From an uncultured bacterium (GTDB lineage: Bacteria > Zixibacteria > MSB-5A5 > JAABVY01 > JAHJOQ01), in assembly GCA_965369655.1 (NCBI GenBank), contig CBDUQR010000029.1, positions 1 through 38,303 on the forward strand: a stretch of 38,303 nt of DNA, given 5' to 3'. The notes under the pieces were generated by a model. The model did no database searches. It worked only from the letters and a program-made list of their open reading frames with translations, and had not been told where the DNA came from. A program made the position numbers and the translations under genes. This document shows, one piece after another, positions 6,543-15,786 of this stretch (position 1 is its first letter; each line of letters opens with the position of its first letter).

Positions 6543-7880
6543 CTATCTATGATCAAATAATAACTCCATGTACTGAGCCGAGATTGACTCAATCCCGAAT
6601 CGCTTGCCGAATTCATCGGCTGTTTTTTGACCCGTTAATGCTGGGCATCGGGAGATGAAATCTTTTAAGCGACTCGCATGCTTTTTCGGAGAAGTCTCGC
6701 CGTCGTCGAAGATATTCAGCAGTGCATGATAATCCCTAAGGAACTCTGTGGAGCTGTCGTTATGGATTCCGGCAATGTTGAGAATCGGTTTTCCGAGCGA
6801 TGCGTATTCGACTATTTTGCTCGGGAGTTGGTACGGGCTGTCATTGCCGATGTTTACAAGCAGCCCGGCCTTTTGCATTTCGCTGAACACTTTTTTCCTG
6901 CTGACCGGACCATGCAGTACCAACCTGCCCTGTTTCCGCAGGTCGGCGAAAGGCTCGAAGCACTGTTGGCAATCGTTGACGGCTCCATAGAAGTGCAGAT
7001 CGAGTTTGATATCGGGATGCTCATCGATAAACGTGCTGAACAGCTTCAGGAGAAACGCAGGGTTGCGAATTTTCCTGTACAGCGTGCCGACATACACGGC
7101 TCGAAATCTCCCATCATGTGTGTAATCTTCGGGTTGAAGCCCCGGGTCGGGCGGCGAGATCACCGGATGTATCACGCTGATTCTGCCCGATGACCGCTGG
7201 AACAGTTCGGCATACTTGTCCCTTGTCATCGCGTTGGTAACAGTGATATGCGCAGCCCTCTTGAAGACTTTTGATTCGAGCAGGTGATTCAGCCTCCTGT
7301 AAATCCTGTGATTGTTTGGCGGAGTTGACTCCTCGAAACTGAATGGATCGCCGATGTCGACAAGCCATCGCATGTTCGGATAACGGTGACTGAGCGCCAG
7401 CCCTGCCAGATGCGATGTATACGGATCCGACACTGTGACGTATAACAGTATCTTTTCTCGCATCACGAGCCGGGATGATTCCCGTATCGCCGAGTGAGTC
7501 CAGAGACATGAACTGTCGGGCCAGTAGACTTTCTTCCAGCTCATATCGTGGATGAATCTGATTATCCTGCCGACAGAACTTCTGATCCGGGAGGAAGTCG
7601 GTTTGTTGACGTGCTCAATCTGGCTCGATGCCGCGCGACTGCTCCTGCTGATGAGCCTAACTCTGAGGCGCTCGATTATACTCCCGCCGGTGCGAAACAC
7701 TCTCACACCGTTCACTGTCTCCCTTCGAGCGAGACCGGGAGACCAGGACGAGACTACGCAAACATTCACGCCGTCCTTTGCCCACTGTTCCGCAATAGCG
7801 GTCCATCTGATTGCTCTCGGATTCAGAAACGGTGCGTAGAAGTAACAAATAATTAGAATCGAACGCTTACTGTTCTGCAC
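6543..7880 (-). CDS. Glycosyltransferase, GT-B fold (GT4-like)
   Basis: 'ILIICYFYAP', 'VYVGTLY', 'LHGPVSR', 'PSKIVEYASLGKPIL'. Likely GTG start at 7880 after AGGAAGG. Confidence 0.85.
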   Translation of the reverse strand: MQNSKRSILIICYFYAPFLNPRAIRWTAIAEQWAKDGVNVCVVSSWSPGLARRETVNGVRVFRTGGSIIERLRVRLISRSSRAASSQIEHVNKPTSSRIRSSVGRIIRFIHDMSWKKVYWPDSSCLWTHSAIRESSRLVMREKILLYVTVSDPYTSHLAGLALSHRYPNMRWLVDIGDPFSFEESTPPNNHRIYRRLNHLLESKVFKRAAHITVTNAMTRDKYAELFQRSSGRISVIHPVISPPDPGLQPEDYTHDGRFRAVYVGTLYRKIRNPAFLLKLFSTFIDEHPDIKLDLHFYGAVNDCQQCFEPFADLRKQGRLVLHGPVSRKKVFSEMQKAGLLVNIGNDSPYQLPSKIVEYASLGKPILNIAGIHNDSSTEFLRDYHALLNIFDDGETSPKKHASRLKDFISRCPALTGQKTADEFGKRFGIESISAQYMELLFDHR

Positions 7881-8008
7881 CGATCCCTTCCTAATCCAAT
7901 ATGACATAAATCTCGACAGGAAGCTGACCGAAATACCAACAGATGTCAACAAACATCGAGCTAAGCATTGCAGAATGGCTGTTGGAGGAAAATTGCCGAG
8001 TGCCGTTA

Positions 8009-9118
8009 CTACACTTCGGATCGGTTCGACATAGAGAACGGCGTTTTCATTCGCCGAACCGCAGATCGGACATCCTGCCCCAGAACCTGATACGAACTCT
8101 GAAGCTCATGCCTTGTGTGATCCGAGAAATACCAGCTATACGATACTTTGAGCGTAATCAGTCCGACGGCGAACAGAATGCCGCAGATCGTCAGCATCAC
8201 GATCGACTGGATTCGCCTGGGACCGGATTTGATCGTCGGCGTCTCTGCACGCTCGATCACCGAGAGCCTTGGAAGCTCCTTCTCCCGCTCCATATCGCTC
8301 GACGCTTTGAGTTGCTTGAGCGTATTCAGAAGCTGTCGCTGGAAGAACACACTTTGCTCGAACCGCTCAATTTGCAGGGTCAGAGCAGGATCATCGCTTC
8401 TGAGATAATTCCTGTTCACTGCGTAGAATTCCATCTGCTCGGCTTCGGTACTGTCGACCAATTCCTGCTGTTCGGCCAATCGCTCGGCGAGGTATTGGCT
8501 TATTTCACCGGCGGCTTTCCTGTCGAGAGACTGTTTGAATAAGTCGAGTTGCTCAACATACACGTTCGTAATCTGAGCGCTGAGTGAGGATGATCGAGAT
8601 GTTACTGCGATGGTCACGATTCCGATCTTTTTGTCTTTCTGTACGGATGTCAGCGAGAGGAGTTTCTGCCTCGCTTTCGTCACATCGACGATTTCCCAAC
8701 GTGAGTAGAGGTTGGAGCTTTCGTTCCCGACGTCATACTTGTGAGAGAGCACCGAATCGAGTACAGGGCGGCTTTTCAGAAGCTGTACATAGACGCCCGA
8801 TTCCGAGGACATTTTCGATGATAAGAGACCGGAAAGCGCTGAAGCGTCGAGAACCGAACTGACGAACATGCCTGGGCCATCTGCCGGGCCGGATGATGAC
8901 GGCATAATCCTGGCCGATGCAGTGTATTCATTCGGAGTCAGGAAGAGGCAGACTGTCGACAATACGAAAACAGCAGCGGTGATCCAGTACACCATTCTCC
9001 GCTTCTCTCTGACCTGTGAGAGAAGAATATCCAGGAACTGCAGGTCCCGCTGTTCGCCATTTCGTACGATGTTGACACGTGAATGCATACGCTCTGTCTC
9101 CCGCAGATCACTCTGCAA
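8009..9118 (-). CDS. Polysaccharide chain-length determinant (Wzz/Wzc N-terminal-like co-polymerase)
   Basis: Two TM helices flanking a coiled-coil region; 'TPNEYTASARIMP', 'LLKSRPVLDSV', 'VIERAETPTIKSGPRR'. Start may be 9088. Confidence 0.85.
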   Translation of the reverse strand: MQSDLRETERMHSRVNIVRNGEQRDLQFLDILLSQVREKRRMVYWITAAVFVLSTVCLFLTPNEYTASARIMPSSSGPADGPGMFVSSVLDASALSGLLSSKMSSESGVYVQLLKSRPVLDSVLSHKYDVGNESSNLYSRWEIVDVTKARQKLLSLTSVQKDKKIGIVTIAVTSRSSSLSAQITNVYVEQLDLFKQSLDRKAAGEISQYLAERLAEQQELVDSTEAEQMEFYAVNRNYLRSDDPALTLQIERFEQSVFFQRQLLNTLKQLKASSDMEREKELPRLSVIERAETPTIKSGPRRIQSIVMLTICGILFAVGLITLKVSYSWYFSDHTRHELQSSYQVLGQDVRSAVRRMKTPFSMSNRSEV

Positions 9119-9249
9119 ACGGCGTGCCGCATATATCCTGGTGGAACCCTTAGCGGTGCAATATGTTAGTGAATAGAAGCTGACGGGATAATGGAAAGAT
9201 TTTCCTTGCTATCGGAACATGCTGCCGTTCTATTGAGAGTTGCAATTGA

Positions 9250-9468
9250 GATGGTAGCAGCACATTGAGAGTGAATGTGGACAAGCTGAAAATTTCGCTC
9301 GGCTATAGATCATACGAAGAGCGCGTGCGGCTCTACACACTGGAACGATTCGGCAGTCTGATCCGTGAAGCCGGGCTGACAACTCTCGGCATCCTCGGCG
9401 ATTACGACGGCAGCCCATTCACACCGAAAGTGCCGCGGCAAATATGGTATGGAGTGAATAAAGGATAG
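9250..9468 (+). pseudogene. C-terminal remnant of a class I SAM-dependent methyltransferase
   Basis: 'YEERVRLYTLERFGSLIREAGL...LGDYDGSPFTPKVPRQIW' matches the typical MTase C-terminus. In-frame TGA at 9247-9249, and no SAM-binding N-terminal half. Confidence 0.65.
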
Positions 9469-9507
9469 CGACTGATTAAAGATATTGACAATAATCGTAA
9501 ATATAAA

Positions 9508-10077
9508 ATGGAAAACAATGAGACCGATAAGCAGATCGCAGGTTTGCAGAAATTCTGTGATTTAGTTAAGGGAATCAAAAGCCACAAAATAAACAAAGGC
9601 TGGGGGTATTCCGTGGGTTGGAGTGTTGATGGCTCCGGAGATATAGTTCAGTTCGATGAACCTGACGAGGAAGAGTTAAGGTCTTATCTACTAGATGTAA
9701 GAAAACTTGTTCTCGGAAGAAGTCCTTACAAAATCGAGACCATCAGGAATATCGTTCGAAAAGTGCTCACTGATGACATCGTTATCAAGCAAGTTGATGC
9801 CATTGGTAGAAACTACAAAGAAATGTTCCGCGAACCCCTTAGATGGTTTAGAAACCGAACAGGACGCGTTGACTTGCAACCATCACAAATCGTAGATATT
9901 TATCTAAATGCTGAGTATTTTCATGATGACGTTGAAAAGAAGATGAAACTTGACAAATTGAGGTCTGAGCACCCAATTGAAATCCGAACATTGTTCCACT
10001 CAGGAATTCGCGCAATCGTTTACAATGCAGATCAGTTAGCTCAACTTATTAGGAAGCACATTCTGAAAGAGGTGTGA
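9508..10077 (+). CDS. Hypothetical protein (189 aa), AT-rich, probably horizontally acquired
   Basis: Uninterrupted ORF, visibly more AT-rich than its neighbours; predicted helical; motif 'YLNAEYFHDD'. Confidence 0.75.
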   Translation: MENNETDKQIAGLQKFCDLVKGIKSHKINKGWGYSVGWSVDGSGDIVQFDEPDEEELRSYLLDVRKLVLGRSPYKIETIRNIVRKVLTDDIVIKQVDAIGRNYKEMFREPLRWFRNRTGRVDLQPSQIVDIYLNAEYFHDDVEKKMKLDKLRSEHPIEIRTLFHSGIRAIVYNADQLAQLIRKHILKEV

Positions 10078-10121
10078 TTTCAAAGAGCGCAACTTTGTTT
10101 CTGAAGCATGAGGTATTATAA

Positions 10122-10697
10122 ATGAAAAAGCGATGTGATTGGCCTGCTAATGACCAGTTGATGGTCGAGTATCATGACAAAGAGTGGGGTGTGCCGTTGC
10201 ATGACGACCGGAAACTGTTCGAGTTCATGGTACTCGATGCATTTCAGGCAGGCTTGTCCTGGTCAATCGTTCTCAGGAAGCGCGAAAACTTCCGCAAGGC
10301 GTTTGATAATTTCGATTTCGAGAAGATCGCTCGCTACTCCGAGAAAAAGATCGCGAAACTGAGCAACGACGCAGGGATAATCAGGAACAAACTCAAGATC
10401 AGCGCCACTGTCACAAATGCTCAGGCATTCATCGAGGTGCGCCGGGAGTTCGGATCGTTCGATAAGTACATATGGAGTTTCACCGGCGGCAAGACCATCA
10501 AGAACAAGTGGAAGGCGATGTCTGAGCTGCCGGCAAAGTCCGAGGAATCGGATGCCATGAGCAAAGACCTGAAGAAACGTGGGTTCAAGTTTGTCGGTTC
10601 GACAATCTGCTATGCGTTCATGCAGGCGGCGGGCATGGTCAACGACCATGCCACGAGTTGTTTCAGGTACAAAGAAATCAACAGGATGGGTAAGTAG
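10122..10697 (+). CDS. tag: DNA-3-methyladenine glycosylase I
   Basis: 'RCDW...YHDKEWG', 'FQAGLSW', 'IIRNKLKI', 'GFKFVGSTICYAFMQAAGMVNDH...CF'. Confidence 0.97.
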   Translation: MKKRCDWPANDQLMVEYHDKEWGVPLHDDRKLFEFMVLDAFQAGLSWSIVLRKRENFRKAFDNFDFEKIARYSEKKIAKLSNDAGIIRNKLKISATVTNAQAFIEVRREFGSFDKYIWSFTGGKTIKNKWKAMSELPAKSEESDAMSKDLKKRGFKFVGSTICYAFMQAAGMVNDHATSCFRYKEINRMGK

Positions 10698-10736
10698 CTT
10701 CAAATATCGAATTATGCTACAGGGAGGATCAGCGAA

Positions 10737-11117
10737 ATGGCAAAAGGCAAATTCGGCACTGTGATTAACTGCATGGATGGGCGGACGCAGCTTCCGGTCA
10801 ATGAGTGGATGAGAAAAGAATACAGTCTTGACTATGTCGATACCATCACCGAGCTGGGACCGGACAGGATGCTGGCGGAGAATGACGAAACGACTATGCC
10901 ATCGATCAGGAAGCGTGTTGCGATTTCAGTTGAGAAGCATGATTCCGACATTGTTGTTGTGGTGGCTCATCACGATTGCGCCGGAAATCCGGTACCCAAG
11001 GACGAGCACATCAGACAGGTTCACAAAGCGATCGATCTGATCAATGGCTGGAATCTGCCGGTCAAAGTCATCGGCGTCTGGGTCGATGAGAACTGGCAGG
11101 TCGAAGCGATCGACTGA
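10737..11117 (+). CDS. Small beta-carbonic-anhydrase-like zinc protein
   Basis: CxDxR ('NCMDGR') and HxxC ('AHHDCAGN') zinc ligands; GGAGG RBS. Confidence 0.8.
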   Translation: MAKGKFGTVINCMDGRTQLPVNEWMRKEYSLDYVDTITELGPDRMLAENDETTMPSIRKRVAISVEKHDSDIVVVVAHHDCAGNPVPKDEHIRQVHKAIDLINGWNLPVKVIGVWVDENWQVEAID

Positions 11118-11255
11118 GATTTTCGTTGCTCTCCAATGTCGAAACGGTTATCCTTACAGAGGACAGGCAAAAACATCTTTGACATTTCATCGCTGAGTCC
11201 GTCTGAATATATGACATGACAAATGGTGCCATGTCTAAAGCGAGGAGGAATGGCC

Positions 11256-12494
11256 ATGAGAAAGACAATATCCATTGTAATTGCGATCGGGGTAGTTTTG
11301 CTGGCATTGAGTTGTTCTGAGACAATAACGCCACCCAATGATCCCCCCGACACTCCACCGCTTGGACTTTCACTCAATGACAAACAACTCGCCCAAAGCA
11401 GCAACGAGTTCGGGTTCAAGCTTTTCAAGAATATTGCCGGTGATGACGGTGGCTCGAATATTCTGATCTCACCGCTATCGATCTCGATGGCGCTTGGGAT
11501 GACGCTGAATGGCGCGGCAGGGGAAACGCTGGAGGCGATGCGGGAAACTCTCGAATTCTCAGGGATGACAGAAGATGAGATCAACAAGAGTTATCGCAAT
11601 TTGATTGATTTCCTCGGGTCGCTTGACCCGAAGGTGAAGCTCGAAATAGCGAACTCTATCTGGGCAAGACTCGAATTCGTTGTCGAGCAGGAATTTCTGG
11701 ACATCAATCAAAGCTTCTTTGATGCCGAGGTCCGTCAACTCGATTTCGGTGATCCGTCAACTGTTGATACGATCAACGCCTGGGTCAGCGAAAATACAAA
11801 TGGAAAAATCGAAAGCATCATAGAGTCCATCTCGCGCGATGTGGTGATGTATCTGATCAACGCCGTTTACTTCAATGCAGAGTGGAGTGATCCGTTTGAC
11901 ACAAACTCGACGATCAACGCCGCGTTTTACAAGATGGACGGCACGATTACCGACTGCAAACTGATGCGAGACTGGATGGATGTTCCTCACGTGTTCAATG
12001 ATGAATTGAAGGCTGTGGAGTTGACTTACGGTGATGGTACATTCGGAATGGTGTTGATTCTGCCGAATCACGGCGTCGAGCTCTCTGAGATCATTGAACA
12101 ACTCGACGACGAATGGTGGAGTTCACTTGTCGATTTGATGGTTGACCGGAACCTCGACATCTCTCTGCCACGATTTAAGTTCGAGTTCGAGGATCAGCTA
12201 AAAGACAATCTTTCATCATTGGGGATGGATATTGCATTCGATGCTGGGCGAGCCGATTTCACAAAGATCAATAGAAATGGTGGACTATTCATCAGTCGGG
12301 TGAAACACAAAACTTTTATCCGTGCAAATGAATTTGGCACCGAAGCAGCAGCGGTGACATTAGTCGAGATTAGCCGTTCTTCCCTGCCGGATCCTGATTT
12401 TCTGGCAAACAGACCATTCCTGTTTGCCATTCGCGAACGCCAGTCTGGATCGATACTGTTTATCGGGCAAGTGACAGATCCAGGGTTTGAGTAA
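11256..12494 (+). CDS. Serpin (serine protease inhibitor), lipoprotein
   Basis: 'NILISPLSISMALGM', 'LINAVYFNAEW', hinge 'EFGTEAAAVT', 'FLANRPFLFAIRE...ILFIGQV'; lipobox LALSC; GGAGG RBS. Confidence 0.95.
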   Translation: MRKTISIVIAIGVVLLALSCSETITPPNDPPDTPPLGLSLNDKQLAQSSNEFGFKLFKNIAGDDGGSNILISPLSISMALGMTLNGAAGETLEAMRETLEFSGMTEDEINKSYRNLIDFLGSLDPKVKLEIANSIWARLEFVVEQEFLDINQSFFDAEVRQLDFGDPSTVDTINAWVSENTNGKIESIIESISRDVVMYLINAVYFNAEWSDPFDTNSTINAAFYKMDGTITDCKLMRDWMDVPHVFNDELKAVELTYGDGTFGMVLILPNHGVELSEIIEQLDDEWWSSLVDLMVDRNLDISLPRFKFEFEDQLKDNLSSLGMDIAFDAGRADFTKINRNGGLFISRVKHKTFIRANEFGTEAAAVTLVEISRSSLPDPDFLANRPFLFAIRERQSGSILFIGQVTDPGFE

Positions 12495-12501
12495 GGAGGG
12501 A

Positions 12502-13335
12502 TTAGAAAAGCGACAACTGATCGTCAGACTTGCCATCCGAGCCGATCTTGAGCGCGGCGTTCGCGCTGATCCTACTCTCGACTATTCTCGCGAGTCGCTT
12601 GTGCATCACGAAGTATTGCTTGCCGTCTTCAGGGCGCTGAGACATTCGTTTGAGCGATCCATCGGAAAGTCCCAGAACACTCTCGACCATAATCTCGACG
12701 CTTACAGCCAGTGATTTCGCACGCAGTGATTCTATCGTATCGTCAGGTTCAACATCGATTTCTCTGAAAAGAAGAATGTCGCCGGTGTCGATGCCGGTAT
12801 CTATAAAATGAAGCGTCACTCTCGGTTTCATGCCGAGATACAGACTCCATTCGAGCGCGTTCATCCCACGCACTTCAGGCAGCGGTCCCATGTGAGCATT
12901 GAGAATACCCTCAATCGGCGCTTCGACAATTGCCTTTCTGAATATGCCTCCACCGGCATTTATCAGGATATCCAGCCTGTTTTCTTTCACATATCGAACT
13001 GTCTCCCATGTGTTCACACTCTTGAAACGCCTGAAATCGATTTGTCTCTCTTGACACAGACCAGCAAGATTCGCATTCAATGAGCTGACATCATGTGCGG
13101 CGGCCAGAAATCTGAATCTGTCGGGTGAATCGCCGCTTGATCCTCCCAATCTATGCGAGAGCCGGGTAACGACCGACCTGACGCCATTTTTACCGATCTC
13201 CCTCCTGAGCTTCACCGTTGCCGACTTCTCGGTCGACACCACAGATACAGGGGTCACGCCTGCATCCGAGAGTGCGCAGATGAGCGCTGAAGCATACGGA
13301 TTGCGGGATGAGTCTGTGGTGATTCCAACTCTCAT
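12502..13335 (-). CDS. Formyltransferase (N10-formyl-THF dependent; Fmt/ArnA N-terminal fold), probably glycan-related
   Basis: 'ILNAHMGPLPEVRGMNALEW', 'TLHFIDTGIDTGDI'; start overlaps the upstream stop (ATGA). Confidence 0.85.
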   Translation of the reverse strand: MRVGITTDSSRNPYASALICALSDAGVTPVSVVSTEKSATVKLRREIGKNGVRSVVTRLSHRLGGSSGDSPDRFRFLAAAHDVSSLNANLAGLCQERQIDFRRFKSVNTWETVRYVKENRLDILINAGGGIFRKAIVEAPIEGILNAHMGPLPEVRGMNALEWSLYLGMKPRVTLHFIDTGIDTGDILLFREIDVEPDDTIESLRAKSLAVSVEIMVESVLGLSDGSLKRMSQRPEDGKQYFVMHKRLARIVESRISANAALKIGSDGKSDDQLSLF

Positions 13336-14546
13336 GCGTTCACCGCCTTGAGTTGTCGCATGACCGATTCCTGAAGCATGATCGCATCGACGAAAAATTT
13401 CGCCGCCCAGTTGGGATATGTGTACGGCGCATATCCTCCCCAGATCGGATACGATCCGGCGATGCCTCCGCGCACACCAGGATTCGACGAGTCGAGCGAC
13501 TGCGTCGCCTTCGCCTGATCCAGAATCTTCAGCGCCGAGTTCAGATAGCGCGCATCACCAGTCATTTCGTAAATCTTGATCCAGATCAACGCGATCTGGC
13601 AATTTCCGGTCAGGCAGGAGTAATCGGCTTCCGGCCTGAAGCGATCGTTGAATCTCGCAGGCATATATTTCGGCATCGAGTATGGATCGATCTTGCGCAA
13701 TTCGTAGCGTTTCATCAGGTTCTCGGATGCTTTCAGCACGATCCCTTCGACACGTTCGCGAAGCTCTCCGGAGAGGTATTTCATCGATTCGAGAAGCCCG
13801 CGAATCGTGTAAGATATCGTGTGCGTGAGTGGTATTTCACCGTCCGAAAATGACATGCGATCAATCCAGCCATTTTCCGATGCATGGTCTGTCACCCACC
13901 TGATATGACGACACGCGGAATCGCGCAGCCGATCATCTGCGCAGAACTCGGCAGTCTCCAGCATCGGCCACGCCACCCGTGTATGATATGCGTGCGGCAG
14001 ATCGAGATATGTGTGTCTGCTCCACTTGCCGTCATCGTCCTGAATGTCAGCCAGCCAACTCCCGGCGCGGCGGGAGCATTCGAGATATTTCGACTCGCCT
14101 GTCTTACGATAGAGGGAATTCCATCCGATCATCACCTGCCCGGTGTTGAACACGATAGGATAGTCATTGACTCCGACGCCTCCGCCGACAGCGCCGCATT
14201 CGAGTTGTATCTCGGCCTCCCAGTCGCCCATCCGAATGGCTCTGTCGCGATATGATTCATCACCGGTTTCATCGGCGTAACCGAGAAATGTCGGGATAGC
14301 ATAGCCGGTGGTCTCCGGATACGGATCAGACCAGCCGTTGTCGAAGCTGTAGCCGCCGGATACTCCCCCGCACCCTGTAATGTCCTGTGCTCTGCAGAGC
14401 CATTCAATCGCAGCGTGAAGACTTGCAGAATCTACATGATCCTTTGACCGGATTCCTCGTCTGTCTCTGAGAATTATATCAAGATGCGATGGTCTGCGGT
14501 ATCTGCCAAGACACCTGCCTGCGACCAGGATAAGCTTTCCAATCAC
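13332..14546 (-). CDS. (alpha/alpha)6-barrel protein (prenyltransferase/squalene-cyclase-like repeats), function unknown
   Basis: QW-like repeats 'WLCRAQD', 'WEAEIQLECG', 'WLADIQDDDGKW'; 'YPETTGY', 'FNTGQV', 'YPNWAAKFFVDA'. Confidence 0.75.
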   Translation of the reverse strand: MIGKLILVAGRCLGRYRRPSHLDIILRDRRGIRSKDHVDSASLHAAIEWLCRAQDITGCGGVSGGYSFDNGWSDPYPETTGYAIPTFLGYADETGDESYRDRAIRMGDWEAEIQLECGAVGGGVGVNDYPIVFNTGQVMIGWNSLYRKTGESKYLECSRRAGSWLADIQDDDGKWSRHTYLDLPHAYHTRVAWPMLETAEFCADDRLRDSACRHIRWVTDHASENGWIDRMSFSDGEIPLTHTISYTIRGLLESMKYLSGELRERVEGIVLKASENLMKRYELRKIDPYSMPKYMPARFNDRFRPEADYSCLTGNCQIALIWIKIYEMTGDARYLNSALKILDQAKATQSLDSSNPGVRGGIAGSYPIWGGYAPYTYPNWAAKFFVDAIMLQESVMRQLKAVNA

Positions 14547-14616
14547 GCCCTACCTCAACACAGACCTTCTTCAATGCGGCCTGTCGATTGTATTCTACGA
14601 GAGAACTTCCTCGGAT

Positions 14617-15678
14617 TCAACAAGAAACGCGGTTACCTGTAGTATTGAAAAGATGGATCGACTCAGGATCAGGCAAGACGCGGATGACATCACCCGATAC
14701 AGGCATCGTCTGCGTCCTCAGGCGAACGATGATTTCGTTATCACCGTAGAGACCGTGGACATAGCTGCTTTCGCCGAGATACTCAGTCGAGACGACTTCG
14801 ACCGGAATCCCGTCGCTCTCGACTATTCGACAGTCATCCGGTCGAAATCCGAGCATCAGTTCTGTTTCGTCAGTCACATCGCGCAGGGTCGGGCACTCGA
14901 TGATAATGTCATCGGCTATTTTCAGGCTGGAGTTCCCGTCGTATCTGGCTCTCAGCACGTTCATCCTTGGAGTTCCGATGAACTGCGCGACGAACAGACA
15001 GGATGGCTTTTCAAATACCTGGCGGGGCGTTCCGACCTGTTGAAACAGACCCTGATAGAGAATTGCGATCCGATCTCCCATTGTCAGGGCTTCCTCCTGG
15101 TCGTGCGTGACATAGACGGCGGTAGCGCCGAGCGATTGCATCAGGCGCTTGATCTCCGACCTCATCGAGACACGAAGTTCGGCATCGAGATTCGACAGCG
15201 GTTCATCGAAAAGAAACAGCTTTGGATGCCGCACGATCGCCCTGCCGACAGCAACCCGCTGTCTCTCCCCTCCGGAGAGCGTTCGCGGTTTCCTTAAGAG
15301 CAACTCGGTCAGTCCGAGAAGTTCCGCCGTATGCCGGACACTGCGATCTATGTCGCTGCGGTCCTGCCGTTTCATTCTGAGTGGGAAAGCGATATTATTG
15401 TAGACTGTCATGTGGGGATAAAGCGCGTAGTTCTGGAAAACCATCGCGACATCCCTGTCTCTGGGCGGATGATTTGTGACATCGCAATCGCCTATGCGGA
15501 CCGTACCGCTGTCGGCGCTTTCCAGCCCTGCGATTATGCGCAGCAGAGTCGATTTGCCGCACCCGGACGGACCGAGGAGTACGAGGAATTCCCCGTCGGA
15601 GACCTCGACATCGCACTCTGTAATGACCGTCTGACCGTCGAACGCTTTGCTGAGACCTTCTATGACGAGTTTAGCCAT
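14617..15678 (-). CDS. MalK/UgpC-family sugar ABC transporter ATP-binding protein (no permease genes in the window)
   Basis: GPSGCGKST, 'VFQNYALYPHM', LSGGERQR, 'FDEPLSNLD', 'YVTHDQEEA', C-terminal TOBE-like region. Confidence 0.95.
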   Translation of the reverse strand: MAKLVIEGLSKAFDGQTVITECDVEVSDGEFLVLLGPSGCGKSTLLRIIAGLESADSGTVRIGDCDVTNHPPRDRDVAMVFQNYALYPHMTVYNNIAFPLRMKRQDRSDIDRSVRHTAELLGLTELLLRKPRTLSGGERQRVAVGRAIVRHPKLFLFDEPLSNLDAELRVSMRSEIKRLMQSLGATAVYVTHDQEEALTMGDRIAILYQGLFQQVGTPRQVFEKPSCLFVAQFIGTPRMNVLRARYDGNSSLKIADDIIIECPTLRDVTDETELMLGFRPDDCRIVESDGIPVEVVSTEYLGESSYVHGLYGDNEIIVRLRTQTMPVSGDVIRVLPDPESIHLFNTTGNRVSC

Positions 15679-15786
15679 ATCGGGTTCAAGTTATCATCAC
15701 CCGATTCCCGCCGCAAGCAATTAAACTTTGAACAGGATCGCTCTGAACATATATTGGAAAAAACTGGGAAATCGGAGCAGGATATA

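Noticed and set aside
9247-9249. In-frame TGA as selenocysteine read-through
   Set aside because: The upstream frame does not restore a full methyltransferase, the position is not a catalytic Cys site, and no SECIS-like hairpin is evident; decay is the simpler explanation.
15331-15786. 152-aa N-terminal extension of PMM
   Set aside because: Antisense to the ABC ATPase gene; PMM homology begins at MTEFSDSIFKAYD.
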